Shown here one piece after another: positions 29,441 through 37,975 of a DNA stretch of 64,000 bases. The translations under genes and the position numbers were made by a program. The first letter of the stretch is position 1. Every line of letters begins with the position of its first letter. Source of the DNA: a virus (Duplodnaviria > Caudoviricetes); IMG/VR virus record IMGVR_UViG_3300043414_000372, positions 64,001 to 128,000 of that record; one strand, given 5' to 3'. The notes below the pieces were generated by a model, which was not told the DNA's origin, made no database searches, and saw nothing but the letters and a program-made list of their open reading frames with translations.

Positions 29441-29754
29441 CTCAATATGAAAAAGGTTCTATCTTGTTCATCACGGAACCAATACTTACGATTACTGCCT
29501 ACCCACCGAGCGTTTTCTTTATGCCAATTATTATCACCCATTATGTTTAACAGCCATTTGTCCATGTCATACCACTCTTTTTCATCATAGTTACATGGAC
29601 GCACCCAGTAGGGCCATTTAGGTTGATTGTCAGCGTAACCAGTTTCAAGGCGTTTCATGTTGATTTCATCTATCCATTGATTTGCTAAATCAGTTACCCA
29701 TCTATTGTTAGCCATAGCACGTTTCTTTATCATTGCCAAACCAATCCAAACCAA
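29431..29754 (-). CDS. Small paralogue-array protein 5
   Basis: DKWLLNIMG; ends WFRDEQDRTFFILRWS. Confidence 0.72.
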   Translation of the reverse strand: MVWIGLAMIKKRAMANNRWVTDLANQWIDEINMKRLETGYADNQPKWPYWVRPCNYDEKEWYDMDKWLLNIMGDNNWHKENARWVGSNRKYWFRDEQDRTFFILRWS

Positions 29755-29963
29755 GTTGCATGTTCAGGGGTATCAAAATCTACTGTAATAACATTATTAC
29801 CTATAGCACCGCGTGGTGCTACATCTCGTCCCATTTTCATATGCCAGCCTTTACCATGCCAAAAGATTATTGGTTTACTATTTAATAGTGGACCAATGTT
29901 TTCTTGCAGCCAATGTAATATTGGTGCCCATTGTTTGCCATAAACTTTTACAGTAGCGGTCAT
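29730..29963 (-). CDS. Small paralogue-array protein 4
   Basis: LHWLQENIG; ends DFDTPEHATWFGLVWQ. Confidence 0.72.
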   Translation of the reverse strand: MTATVKVYGKQWAPILHWLQENIGPLLNSKPIIFWHGKGWHMKMGRDVAPRGAIGNNVITVDFDTPEHATWFGLVWQ

Positions 29964-30208
29964 TCAACCCAGTCTTTTTCCAAAAGTTTTAAATGTTTTT
30001 TCATTATAAAATGTATATCACAATAAGGATCACCATGGTTACCTTGTACTAATGTCATATACCAACCCTGTCCTTCCCAGGCAACAATAGGCTTAGCGGC
30101 AACTAATTTGCCTATGTTTTTCTGTAGCCAAATTAACAGGGCGGCATAGTCTGCGCCCCATAATCTGGCCACATATTTGTAAGTCACTTGTTTTGTTTTT
30201 GTTACCAT
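29960..30208 (-). CDS. Small paralogue-array protein 3
   Basis: LIWLQKNIG, closely similar to protein 4; degenerate C-terminus LLEKDWVE. Confidence 0.7.
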   Translation of the reverse strand: MVTKTKQVTYKYVARLWGADYAALLIWLQKNIGKLVAAKPIVAWEGQGWYMTLVQGNHGDPYCDIHFIMKKHLKLLEKDWVE

Positions 30209-30423
30209 CTTAAACTACAAAAAATGTAGTCTCGTTCATATCTAAATTTTATTCTTACTTCAAATTCATCCCAGGTGCACAATGTGTGCCTTTCATAATT
30301 TTCAATTTTATTACATAACCAATCTATCACTTCAATACGATGCAGTTGCCGGCGATTTTCATCTAGTTTAATAACACGTTCATGCCAACCCGGTCGTATA
30401 TCTTCCCATCTTCTCATAACCAT
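30202..30423 (-). CDS. Small paralogue-array protein 2
   Basis: IDWLCNKI; ends KFRYERDYIFCSLRW. Confidence 0.72.
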   Translation of the reverse strand: MVMRRWEDIRPGWHERVIKLDENRRQLHRIEVIDWLCNKIENYERHTLCTWDEFEVRIKFRYERDYIFCSLRW

Positions 30424-30650
30424 CTTAAACTAAAATGTATCGCATCACGCTCATCTTTAAATACAAAATCCATATAATCTTCTGTCATGTGTGTGTAAAA
30501 CTTCTCACCCGGCAAATCAAATTGTTCTATTGCCCAAATACAAGTTTCATCCCAATCACTAATTGTATCACCCTTCATCCAAGGGATACGAACCCTAGTA
30601 CCCTGCTTCGCCGAGGGTGTCTTTAATTCGTTTCGTAAGTTCTGCATCAC
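30414..30650 (-). CDS. Small paralogue-array protein 1
   Basis: CIWAIEQF; ends VFKDERDAIHFSLRWL. Confidence 0.72.
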   Translation of the reverse strand: MMQNLRNELKTPSAKQGTRVRIPWMKGDTISDWDETCIWAIEQFDLPGEKFYTHMTEDYMDFVFKDERDAIHFSLRWL

Positions 30651-31332
30651 GTTTAAACCTTATTGCCCACTGTTCTGGATTCACATAATCAATGATCATT
30701 TTAACATGGCCTTCATTTAATGTATCTAGAAAACGGACACCGCTGTCGCTTTGATACAACAGCCATGGACTAATCTTACCCGTTGTTATCGCATAACAAA
30801 TCTTATTTGCATTCCCATATCTTAATATGTCATGTGGTAATATTTTGGCATCAGTTGCCATTTCCATACAATACTCAATACTACGATGAATTGCATCAAA
30901 TGCATCTTCATGTCGCAAAAACTCAATTAGATATTTAGTATAGGTACTATCACTGCACCAATTGTCAATCTTAACTTGATTCTTTAACAACCAATCAACA
31001 AATCTTGGAATATTTATCGCATTGATATTGACACAATAATTACCAAACTTAACAAAAGCAATGTAATATGGATTCTTAATGAAATCTTCTTGCTTAAGGT
31101 TTTTTCTTTTTGATGTATTCTTTTTATAAAACTCTAACCAACATTGAAACCCAATTCTATTTCCATGATTATCTTTATCTAACCATCTACGTTTTGGTTC
31201 GCATACATGACTAAGCGTGGTTGATTCACGCAAAAACTCTCTCTTGCAAAAATCACAGCCATACTTTGCTGTCTTTTTAATTGCCGAGGTCTCTTTCATA
31301 TTGCTTAAGTTGTTCTTCAGTAATAGTGTCAT
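30595..31332 (-). CDS. Hypothetical protein with N-terminal Zn-finger-like motif (likely start ~31299)
   Basis: YGCDFCKREF...HVCE. Confidence 0.7.
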   Translation of the reverse strand: MTLLLKNNLSNMKETSAIKKTAKYGCDFCKREFLRESTTLSHVCEPKRRWLDKDNHGNRIGFQCWLEFYKKNTSKRKNLKQEDFIKNPYYIAFVKFGNYCVNINAINIPRFVDWLLKNQVKIDNWCSDSTYTKYLIEFLRHEDAFDAIHRSIEYCMEMATDAKILPHDILRYGNANKICYAITTGKISPWLLYQSDSGVRFLDTLNEGHVKMIIDYVNPEQWAIRFKRDAELTKRIKDTLGEAGY

Positions 31333-31870
31333 TTAATGTCTCAATGTCTGTTAGTTTCATATTAGGAAACAATTCTGCTAATTTAAGTTTGCGTTTTTGG
31401 TTAACTACAAATGCTTCACTTACTGCGTCAATATCATCACTATCTGCCCTAGGATATATCTTCTTGTAATACTCTTTGATATCTTTTAATTTTGCCGGTA
31501 CTTGTAACTTGCTTACTTTGGGACTGATGTTAGGTATCCACTGATGAAATTGTTTACCAACTCCCGGACTACTTGCACACATCATCAACCATTGTAGTTT
31601 AGGATGCTTCTGAATATTCTCATTGAATAGATACTTGTTTGCATACTCAGCCGTACTCATTACATAATATCTGCTCAGTCCTTCGCTACCTTTAATAGCA
31701 CTAAGCCATTGAATCATTGTAAACGGGACAAACTTCTTTTGTTGTTCAGGGCTTAGTCTGTCAAAGAAATCATAATCTTTCTTATCTAATGCGGCAAGGA
31801 CCTCAAACAAGTCTAAATCTTGTTTGTCAAATTTCTCATCAACGGGTACTGCTGCTTTTCTTGTTGCCAT
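31277..31870 (-). CDS. Putative clamp-loader small subunit (gp62-like)
   Basis: KKFVPFTMIQWLS...ANKYLF...KHPKLQW...KQFHQWIP...IKEYY resembles distant gp62 homologues. Confidence 0.5.
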   Translation of the reverse strand: MATRKAAVPVDEKFDKQDLDLFEVLAALDKKDYDFFDRLSPEQQKKFVPFTMIQWLSAIKGSEGLSRYYVMSTAEYANKYLFNENIQKHPKLQWLMMCASSPGVGKQFHQWIPNISPKVSKLQVPAKLKDIKEYYKKIYPRADSDDIDAVSEAFVVNQKRKLKLAELFPNMKLTDIETLNDTITEEQLKQYERDLGN

Positions 31871-32370
31871 TAGAATGCCTGACTATAATCTATTATCTCA
31901 CAATTACGACTAATCTCTTTTACAAAATATACACATTCGGGTTTAGGTCCATCATTCAATGGTACACATAGAAACTGTCCATTCTTTAATCTAGGAGCGT
32001 ACCATGTTACATCGTGATAGATATCTACAATTTCAATGGGTAAGAATGTAGGACTAAAACTTGTTAATGGATTAAACTCAAACGCATTAAACCCTCTATC
32101 ATTGATACTTGTTAGTGGTAACGTTTCCAAGTCACCATGCTCTTTTTCACCAATCAATATCTGCCAATCTACTGGCATCTTAATTGTATGCTTACCAATC
32201 TTTAGTACAAGTGCGGGTGCGTTAAAACTTTCTAAAAAGATTAATGGAATATAATGATAATCTACATTACTTGGGTTACTGTTATCTAGTATCGCAAATC
32301 GTAAATCATCTATCTCCTCTGGCAATGTCTCTAAGTTATAGTATTCGTTATCTAGGGTTAAAATTCTCAT
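31870..32370 (-). CDS. Hypothetical protein, possibly degenerate Hint-fold
   Basis: ORF with leaderless promoter; weak resemblance to Hint blocks B and F. Confidence 0.6.
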   Translation of the reverse strand: MRILTLDNEYYNLETLPEEIDDLRFAILDNSNPSNVDYHYIPLIFLESFNAPALVLKIGKHTIKMPVDWQILIGEKEHGDLETLPLTSINDRGFNAFEFNPLTSFSPTFLPIEIVDIYHDVTWYAPRLKNGQFLCVPLNDGPKPECVYFVKEISRNCEIIDYSQAF

Positions 32371-32376
32371 AGTATT

Positions 32377-32405
32377 ATTATATCATTTATATGTAAGTTT
32401 TTCAA
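32377..32405 (-). promoter_or_regulatory. Sigma70 promoter, probably leaderless
   Basis: TTGAAA-17-TATAAT-6 nt-ATG. Confidence 0.55.
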
Positions 32406-33870
32406 CATCAAATGGATAATTAGCCTCTTTATAAAATGCTTTTCTTTGTGTAAGATGCCGTTTTGCAAACTTACAATTACTTGTGATATCCCAAATCTGA
32501 ACAAAGTTCTTATCTTCGGCTTTACGAATACCACGTCCAATACTTTGAATCACCCGAACAAAACTCTTACCCGGTTCAATAAGAACAAGATTAAAGATTC
32601 GGGGAATATTAATACCCACTGCTGCCACACCATATGTAGCTATAATGATTTTGTTAGTTGCTGTTGCAACCTCGTCATATTGTTCTTTGCGTTCATCCAT
32701 ACCAGTGTTACCTGATACGAATACTACATCATATTCTGTTTTGAAATCTCTAAGTAGTTCGGCTAACCTATTATGTAGTTCTTTACCTGCTGCTACTCTA
32801 TCAACTAATATTAATGTGTTGCCACTATTCTTAATCACATCGACCAATTGAGTAATTTTATTTAATCGTTTATCATCTTCAAGCAAATGTTTTAGTTCAG
32901 ATTGGTAATTACTAAACTCAACCCCATCTTGTAGTTGTACAATGTTTACATGACATTGTGCCAATACACCTCTATCTTGTAATTCGCTAGCAGATAGTTT
33001 ATTAATAACATTTCCAAGACTGATAAAGATTGCTTGACTTGCGAATTTTTCTTTAGGGATAGTACCAGTTAATCCCCAGCGAATTGGTATGTTGCTCATT
33101 ACACCAGTCAATAATTCTTTTAGTGCGTCGGCCTTGGCCATGTGAACCTCGTCTACCATGACACAAACTACACCTTCCAAGAAGTCACCAATCTCAACTT
33201 CTGCTTCACCTGTTTTTGTTTTCTTAAGCATGTTATTCAGACTTTGCCAAGTACAGATTGTATGTGTCTTATTATATTCTTTTCTATCACCAAAGTATAC
33301 ACCAACGTCTAGTCCAAGATTAATGTAATCTGCTTCTGTTTGTGTTACAAGACTTTTGTTTGGTACGATAACAATACTGCGCCCGTAACTTTCAATAGAC
33401 CAACTTAATGCTGCTGTGATTAATGTCTTGCCTGCTCCTGTAGCAATCTCTTGTAGTGATTGTGGATTTTTTAGAAACTCATTAATGATTGATATTTGAT
33501 AGTCACGCAATACAACTGGTTGACCTTCAATAGGATGACCCTTGGGCCAATTCTTGTGTTTGAACGTAGCCTCGGACACTTCACTAAAATTGAATGTTGT
33601 ACTGTATGTACGAAGGTCCTCTAGTTCAATATCATAGTCTCGGCTATCAATAAAGGGAAGTATTTTGGGTAGTAGATTAACATAGCTACTGCCACCGAGA
33701 CTAAAGAAACTTACCTTACCATTCCATCTACCAAGACGGACCGCGGGAAGATACCTTGCTCCGGGCACTTCGTACTCAAACATCTTAACCAGTGCTTTAC
33801 GCTCGGTTAATTCTAAGCCTTCAATCTTTACATTGACTTCATCCCTGACGATTATTTTACATTGTTTCAT
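32383..33870 (-). CDS. uvsW: UvsW-like SF2 DNA helicase
   Basis: LRDYQ, ATGAGKT, VDEVH, GLTGT, IQSIGRGIR. Confidence 0.9.
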   Translation of the reverse strand: MKQCKIIVRDEVNVKIEGLELTERKALVKMFEYEVPGARYLPAVRLGRWNGKVSFFSLGGSSYVNLLPKILPFIDSRDYDIELEDLRTYSTTFNFSEVSEATFKHKNWPKGHPIEGQPVVLRDYQISIINEFLKNPQSLQEIATGAGKTLITAALSWSIESYGRSIVIVPNKSLVTQTEADYINLGLDVGVYFGDRKEYNKTHTICTWQSLNNMLKKTKTGEAEVEIGDFLEGVVCVMVDEVHMAKADALKELLTGVMSNIPIRWGLTGTIPKEKFASQAIFISLGNVINKLSASELQDRGVLAQCHVNIVQLQDGVEFSNYQSELKHLLEDDKRLNKITQLVDVIKNSGNTLILVDRVAAGKELHNRLAELLRDFKTEYDVVFVSGNTGMDERKEQYDEVATATNKIIIATYGVAAVGINIPRIFNLVLIEPGKSFVRVIQSIGRGIRKAEDKNFVQIWDITSNCKFAKRHLTQRKAFYKEANYPFDVEKLTYK

Positions 33871-33921
33871 AATTAGTACTTAGTATAACATAAACTAATT
33901 AGTAATTGCAAACATAAAGGC

Positions 33922-33948
33922 AAAAAAAGGGGAACAATTGTTCCCCTA
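33922..33948 (-). terminator. Rho-independent terminator
   Basis: AGGGGAAC-AATT-GTTCCCCTTTTTT. Confidence 0.65.
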
Positions 33949-33965
33949 TAAAACTTATATTTTAA

Positions 33966-35000
33966 TTAAGCATTCTTCATGCAAGTTGTACGTGCAAGAT
34001 TTTTCCAGTTTGCTGGGCTGATCTTAACTAGATCGGCAATCTTCAAACACATACGCAAACTCATTTCACGCAGTTTGCCGTGATTTTCCCACATGAAATC
34101 TAGAATTTCAGTTGATTGGGTTTCTTCAAAGTTGTAATCAACAAACAACCCACCTTCAGCATCACGATGGACCTGCTTGATACGCAACATTTTGTCACGC
34201 TCACTATTGATAGTGAGGTCCAGAAAGTGACAACGACTTTGCAATGCTTCCAAGTGATCTTGCAATTTCTTGCTTTTCACATTTTCAAATTTCAAGTTAG
34301 TAATAAAGATAGCACTACCATTGAAATTGAATTGATTTGGGATACCTTCATCACGTAGCAAACGACTGTCACTATTCCAGCAAATCTTGCGGGTCTTGCC
34401 ACTATCCAATGCTGCCTTAAGAATGTTCAAAGCCAATTCATCGGCGAACACACTATCGCAGTCATCAAAAATCAACACATTTTTAGTGTCAGAATATTTG
34501 TACAGTTGAGCATACAACCCTAGCGCAGTCATTGCACCTTTAACAACATTGAAACGAACACGCTTGCCGGCAATCTTGTCAAACATGCTTGATTTTTCCA
34601 TTTGCTTTTCAACGCCGTGCGACTTGCCAACTCCCGGAGGACCCGACACAATCATAGCACGAATGTCACCACTGATACAAGCACTTGCCATTTCATCAAG
34701 AATGCCGAAACGTAGTGCAATGCGATCCATTGCCTCAGTTTCAGTTTCCTTGGTCACTTCTGTCTTTGCTTTAAACTCTACTGTATTATCTGCCACTGTC
34801 TCTCCGTTCATAAATTGAATATCTTCTATCGTATCCACTTTTACTTTGACTTCGGCAATAGCAATAGCGAACTGGCCCTCGTTTTTAACAGTAACATAGT
34901 TACCTTTTTTACCTGTCTGAAATCCTTTGACTAGCGTAAACACTTCATCAACTACAGGTTGATTACGATAGGAGCCAGAAAGAATGCGAATTGTTGACAT
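33966..35000 (-). CDS. AAA-type ATPase, early
   Basis: Walker A SGPPGVGKS, Walker B LIFDDCD, ALQSRC arginine finger. Confidence 0.8.
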   Translation of the reverse strand: MSTIRILSGSYRNQPVVDEVFTLVKGFQTGKKGNYVTVKNEGQFAIAIAEVKVKVDTIEDIQFMNGETVADNTVEFKAKTEVTKETETEAMDRIALRFGILDEMASACISGDIRAMIVSGPPGVGKSHGVEKQMEKSSMFDKIAGKRVRFNVVKGAMTALGLYAQLYKYSDTKNVLIFDDCDSVFADELALNILKAALDSGKTRKICWNSDSRLLRDEGIPNQFNFNGSAIFITNLKFENVKSKKLQDHLEALQSRCHFLDLTINSERDKMLRIKQVHRDAEGGLFVDYNFEETQSTEILDFMWENHGKLREMSLRMCLKIADLVKISPANWKNLARTTCMKNA

Positions 35001-35032
35001 AGATAAAACCTTTATTTAACTGATAATCCGTT

Positions 35033-35061
35033 ATTTTACACTATAACCCATTTACTGTCAA
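35033..35061 (-). promoter_or_regulatory. Early promoter cassette a (TTGACA-17-TAAAAT)
   Basis: TTGACAGTAAATGGGTTATAGTGTAAAAT. Confidence 0.7.
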
Positions 35062-35240
35062 TAGTCAGTAAACCCTAGATTGTACATAGCACTACGAAAT
35101 GGCTCTGGGCTTTTCGGGTTGGCCCACATATAAACATCGTCACGTACCTGATCGGTGCAATTGAATTCAAACAATTCATAAATTTGATCGTTTGTGGACA
35201 CTTCACATTGTTGAATAAATTCTACGATACTAGTAATCAT
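35058..35240 (-). CDS. Hypothetical early protein
   Basis: Lies between two promoter cassettes; AAGGA RBS. Confidence 0.65.
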   Translation of the reverse strand: MITSIVEFIQQCEVSTNDQIYELFEFNCTDQVRDDVYMWANPKSPEPFRSAMYNLGFTDY

Positions 35241-35272
35241 TTTTGATTCCTTTATTAACTGAACAAGATTGT

Positions 35273-35301
35273 ATTATACACCCAATACCATTTATTGTCA
35301 A
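35273..35301 (-). promoter_or_regulatory. Early promoter cassette b (TTGACA-17-TATAAT)
   Basis: TTGACAATAAATGGTATTGGGTGTATAAT. Confidence 0.8.
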
Positions 35302-35321
35302 GTATTGGGTGTATGCTGTTT

Positions 35322-35588
35322 TTACTTTTGTGTACGCAAGAATGCAGCTTTGCTATTGTGAATGTCGTAAGACTTTTCACCAGTTTTCACTACAAACAAT
35401 TTTGCAGTCCCGCAACTGATTTTAGCTGGGCCCATATTGGGTGCTTTAGTCAGTACTGGGATATGCAGGCCCTGAAAGTTTTTCTCAAACAGAATGCGAG
35501 ACACTTGGCCCTCGCTTGTTGGCAGTTTAGAAAATACAGTGTTATATTGTGCAATCAAAGTATTGATTTCAACTAGAGACATTTTCAT
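35322..35588 (-). CDS. Hypothetical early protein
   Basis: Lies between promoter cassettes; AAAGG RBS. Confidence 0.65.
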   Translation of the reverse strand: MKMSLVEINTLIAQYNTVFSKLPTSEGQVSRILFEKNFQGLHIPVLTKAPNMGPAKISCGTAKLFVVKTGEKSYDIHNSKAAFLRTQK

Positions 35589-35615
35589 AGGTACCTTTCA
35601 AGTGATTAAGAGTAT

Positions 35616-35644
35616 ATTATATACCCAATTTCATTTATTGTCAA
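35616..35644 (-). promoter_or_regulatory. Early promoter cassette c
   Basis: TTGACAATAAATGAAATTGGGTATATAAT. Confidence 0.8.
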
Positions 35645-35709
35645 CTTTTCTTTTGTTGTTTTTATGCAACAAAAGTTATTCATAGATAAAATCAACTGAA
35701 TAAGCCGTA

Positions 35710-35738
35710 ATGATACACGAAAATCCATTTAATGTCAA
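35710..35738 (-). promoter_or_regulatory. Early promoter cassette d (no ORF before the next cassette)
   Basis: TTGACATTAAATGGATTTTCGTGTATCAT. Confidence 0.7.
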
Positions 35739-35760
35739 CCCTGATTCACTGAATGGCCTA

Positions 35761-37275
35761 TTATTTTTTATAGTCAATTTTCAATTTGTTGATCTGGTTA
35801 GTTGTAAATTTGCTAACAGTATACATACCTGTACGTTGACTGCCTAATAATTGTAACCCGATAAATCCGGATGTAGTATTACTTACAGGAATTATAGCAC
35901 CAACTTGATTATTAGAATCAACCAATTGAGGGAACATATCTGTTCCGTCTATAACTGTAAAATTACCATGTCCATCATTTATAAAGAATGATGTACCCCA
36001 TAATTGTTTATTCCTATTTGTCCAATAATGTGCTATTACATCCATATTACCATCACGATTAATATCATTTGGAATTAGATTAAAATAATACTTATATCCT
36101 AAGTTATTATTAGTTTGTGTAACCGATACAAATTTACGACCGTCTGTATTTGAAAGTACAGTATATCCTGAATCTTCTGACATTGATAGTCCACCGTTTG
36201 CCAGTATGCTATCATAGTTAGGTGTGTTTTTATCTGTAACAGTATTTGGCGGGTAGTATATTATATGAGTTGATATTGAAAATACATCAGGCTTGCCATC
36301 ATTGTTAACGTCAATTGAAATTGCGGACACTTCAGCAGTATTTGTAAGTTTCACTGGCCAGCCGGGAATTACAGGGTTTGTAATTCCTGAATGAAACCAA
36401 TCATAACCACCTTGCCCGAACGGACCAGTCGGTAAAGTATTTAGAGTTGAAACATCTAACCCATTTTGACTGCCATATACAATAACATGATTTTTTCCAG
36501 TCCAATCTCCTGTAATTAACAAATCATCATATCCGTCACCATTAAAGTCGGCAGTCACCATTGAAGTTTGCTTATCCAAATCATTATTAACCCAAGACGA
36601 TATCGGGTTTGCTGAGGTAGTAGCTTGACCATTGTTTAGTGATAGCAGCATTGTTGTCCCGGGCACACAACCACTTTCCTGCGCAGGTAATAAAATTTTT
36701 GTTGTATGACTACCATCAAATTTGCCTATCGCTATCGCATAAGACCTAGATGAATTTTCTGGAATTGAATTGCTGCTGTTTGTAAACACACCGTTGTTAT
36801 TAATAGCTACACCAATTTTTGACCCAGTCCACGGTGGCGCATCAAGTCCGGCTTCAGATGCAATAATATCTTTTGATCCATCACCATTAATATCAGCATG
36901 CCATATCCACGGTGAATGTAATACAGTTGGGGCTCCTTGTGGGAAATATTTATTAGTTAAATTGATTGTTGAATTTTGATCTCCGACAACCGTTAATGGA
37001 ATGGGCACTTGCGGATATGATGTTACACTAAAGACAAACTCATTTTTGCCGTCACCATCTAAATCTGCTAATAAACCTGAACGGAAATAATAACTTTTTC
37101 CTGAACCACCGTACATACTGTAATCAATTGTTGTTGAACTTGATATTAGGATGTCATTTATACCTAAAGAATTTAGTTGAGGATTATTGCTAGCAGAACC
37201 ACCACCACCGCCTCCGCAAGCAGATAAAAGTATAACTACTGCAACAGATATTATTGTAGGCTTAATCTTAATCAT
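35761..37275 (-). CDS. FG-GAP/VCBS-repeat beta-propeller lipoprotein
   Basis: Lipobox LLSAC then a G-run; repeated D(L/I/F/V)NGDGxxD motifs (ADLDGDGKNE, ADINGDGSKD, ADFNGDGYDD, DVNNDGKPD, DINRDGNMD). Confidence 0.85.
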   Translation of the reverse strand: MIKIKPTIISVAVVILLSACGGGGGGSASNNPQLNSLGINDILISSSTTIDYSMYGGSGKSYYFRSGLLADLDGDGKNEFVFSVTSYPQVPIPLTVVGDQNSTINLTNKYFPQGAPTVLHSPWIWHADINGDGSKDIIASEAGLDAPPWTGSKIGVAINNNGVFTNSSNSIPENSSRSYAIAIGKFDGSHTTKILLPAQESGCVPGTTMLLSLNNGQATTSANPISSWVNNDLDKQTSMVTADFNGDGYDDLLITGDWTGKNHVIVYGSQNGLDVSTLNTLPTGPFGQGGYDWFHSGITNPVIPGWPVKLTNTAEVSAISIDVNNDGKPDVFSISTHIIYYPPNTVTDKNTPNYDSILANGGLSMSEDSGYTVLSNTDGRKFVSVTQTNNNLGYKYYFNLIPNDINRDGNMDVIAHYWTNRNKQLWGTSFFINDGHGNFTVIDGTDMFPQLVDSNNQVGAIIPVSNTTSGFIGLQLLGSQRTGMYTVSKFTTNQINKLKIDYKK

Positions 37276-37448
37276 TTTTTAGCCGTAGCCGCTTCTGCCG
37301 ATTTTGCTTGTACGCAAGCAGCCTTGATATTTTGAGCCTTGAATTCCTGTGCGGCTTTAGCACAAGTTTCCTGTTGTTCAAACTGACCCACATACATTAC
37401 ATTGGTAGATGACAACCCTACACCAACTAGAACGATAGTCCAAAACAT
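37272..37448 (-). CDS. Small exported/membrane protein (58 aa)
   Basis: Not in ORF track; MFWTIVLVGVGLSSTNVMYVGQFEQQETCAKAAQEFKAQNIKAACVQAKSAEAATAKK; ATGA overlap with the lipoprotein gene. Confidence 0.65.
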   Translation of the reverse strand: MFWTIVLVGVGLSSTNVMYVGQFEQQETCAKAAQEFKAQNIKAACVQAKSAEAATAKK

Positions 37449-37450
37449 AA

Positions 37451-37669
37451 TTATGCCTTCAAAATGTTAACGATACGCTGATGGATCATATCCATCTCAT
37501 CCTGCTCAACATAAAAGTCCGTAGTCGGGTCATAGTACTGACCTTCCTTAGTATCGTAATACAGGACACGTCCGGAGAAATTGAAGGGACCTTCTAGCCC
37601 TTTACGCGGGCCGTATTTGGTACGCATTTCATCCATCTGAAACTTATCTGCGATAACTTTGTAGCCCAT
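37451..37669 (-). CDS. Hypothetical early protein
   Basis: AGGAG RBS behind promoter cassette e. Confidence 0.7.
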   Translation of the reverse strand: MGYKVIADKFQMDEMRTKYGPRKGLEGPFNFSGRVLYYDTKEGQYYDPTTDFYVEQDEMDMIHQRIVNILKA

Positions 37670-37702
37670 ACAAAACTCCTGTTGTTGACTGAATAAGACT
37701 CT

Positions 37703-37731
37703 ATTATATATCCGAAACCATTTACTGTCAA
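37703..37731 (-). promoter_or_regulatory. Early promoter cassette e
   Basis: TTGACAGTAAATGGTTTCGGATATATAAT. Confidence 0.8.
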
Positions 37732-37748
37732 GTTTAGGAATGCTACTT

Positions 37749-37964
37749 TTAGTTTACTTTTTCGGTAACGGTATAGTTGAAGCGCCAATAACTTATGTCC
37801 CGTGAACTGCCGTAGCCGGCAAATCCTCGGCTGTTTTCTACGAGAGTGGCACGACCTTCACGGACCATCTTGTTTGCTAGCTTAATCCACTTAGAGCCCT
37901 CAACAACGCGGCAATACCCATCGGCATTCATTACGTCCATCACATCAAAATTAAAACTACGCAT
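37749..37964 (-). CDS. Hypothetical early protein
   Basis: AAGGAG RBS. Confidence 0.65.
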   Translation of the reverse strand: MRSFNFDVMDVMNADGYCRVVEGSKWIKLANKMVREGRATLVENSRGFAGYGSSRDISYWRFNYTVTEKVN

Positions 37965-37975
37965 AATATTTCTCC

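Noticed and set aside
27726-30650. Stop-codon reassignment fragmenting one long repeat protein
   Set aside because: Adjacent ORFs are in different frames with overlapping stop/start, and long core genes are intact under code 11 using TAA and TGA stops.
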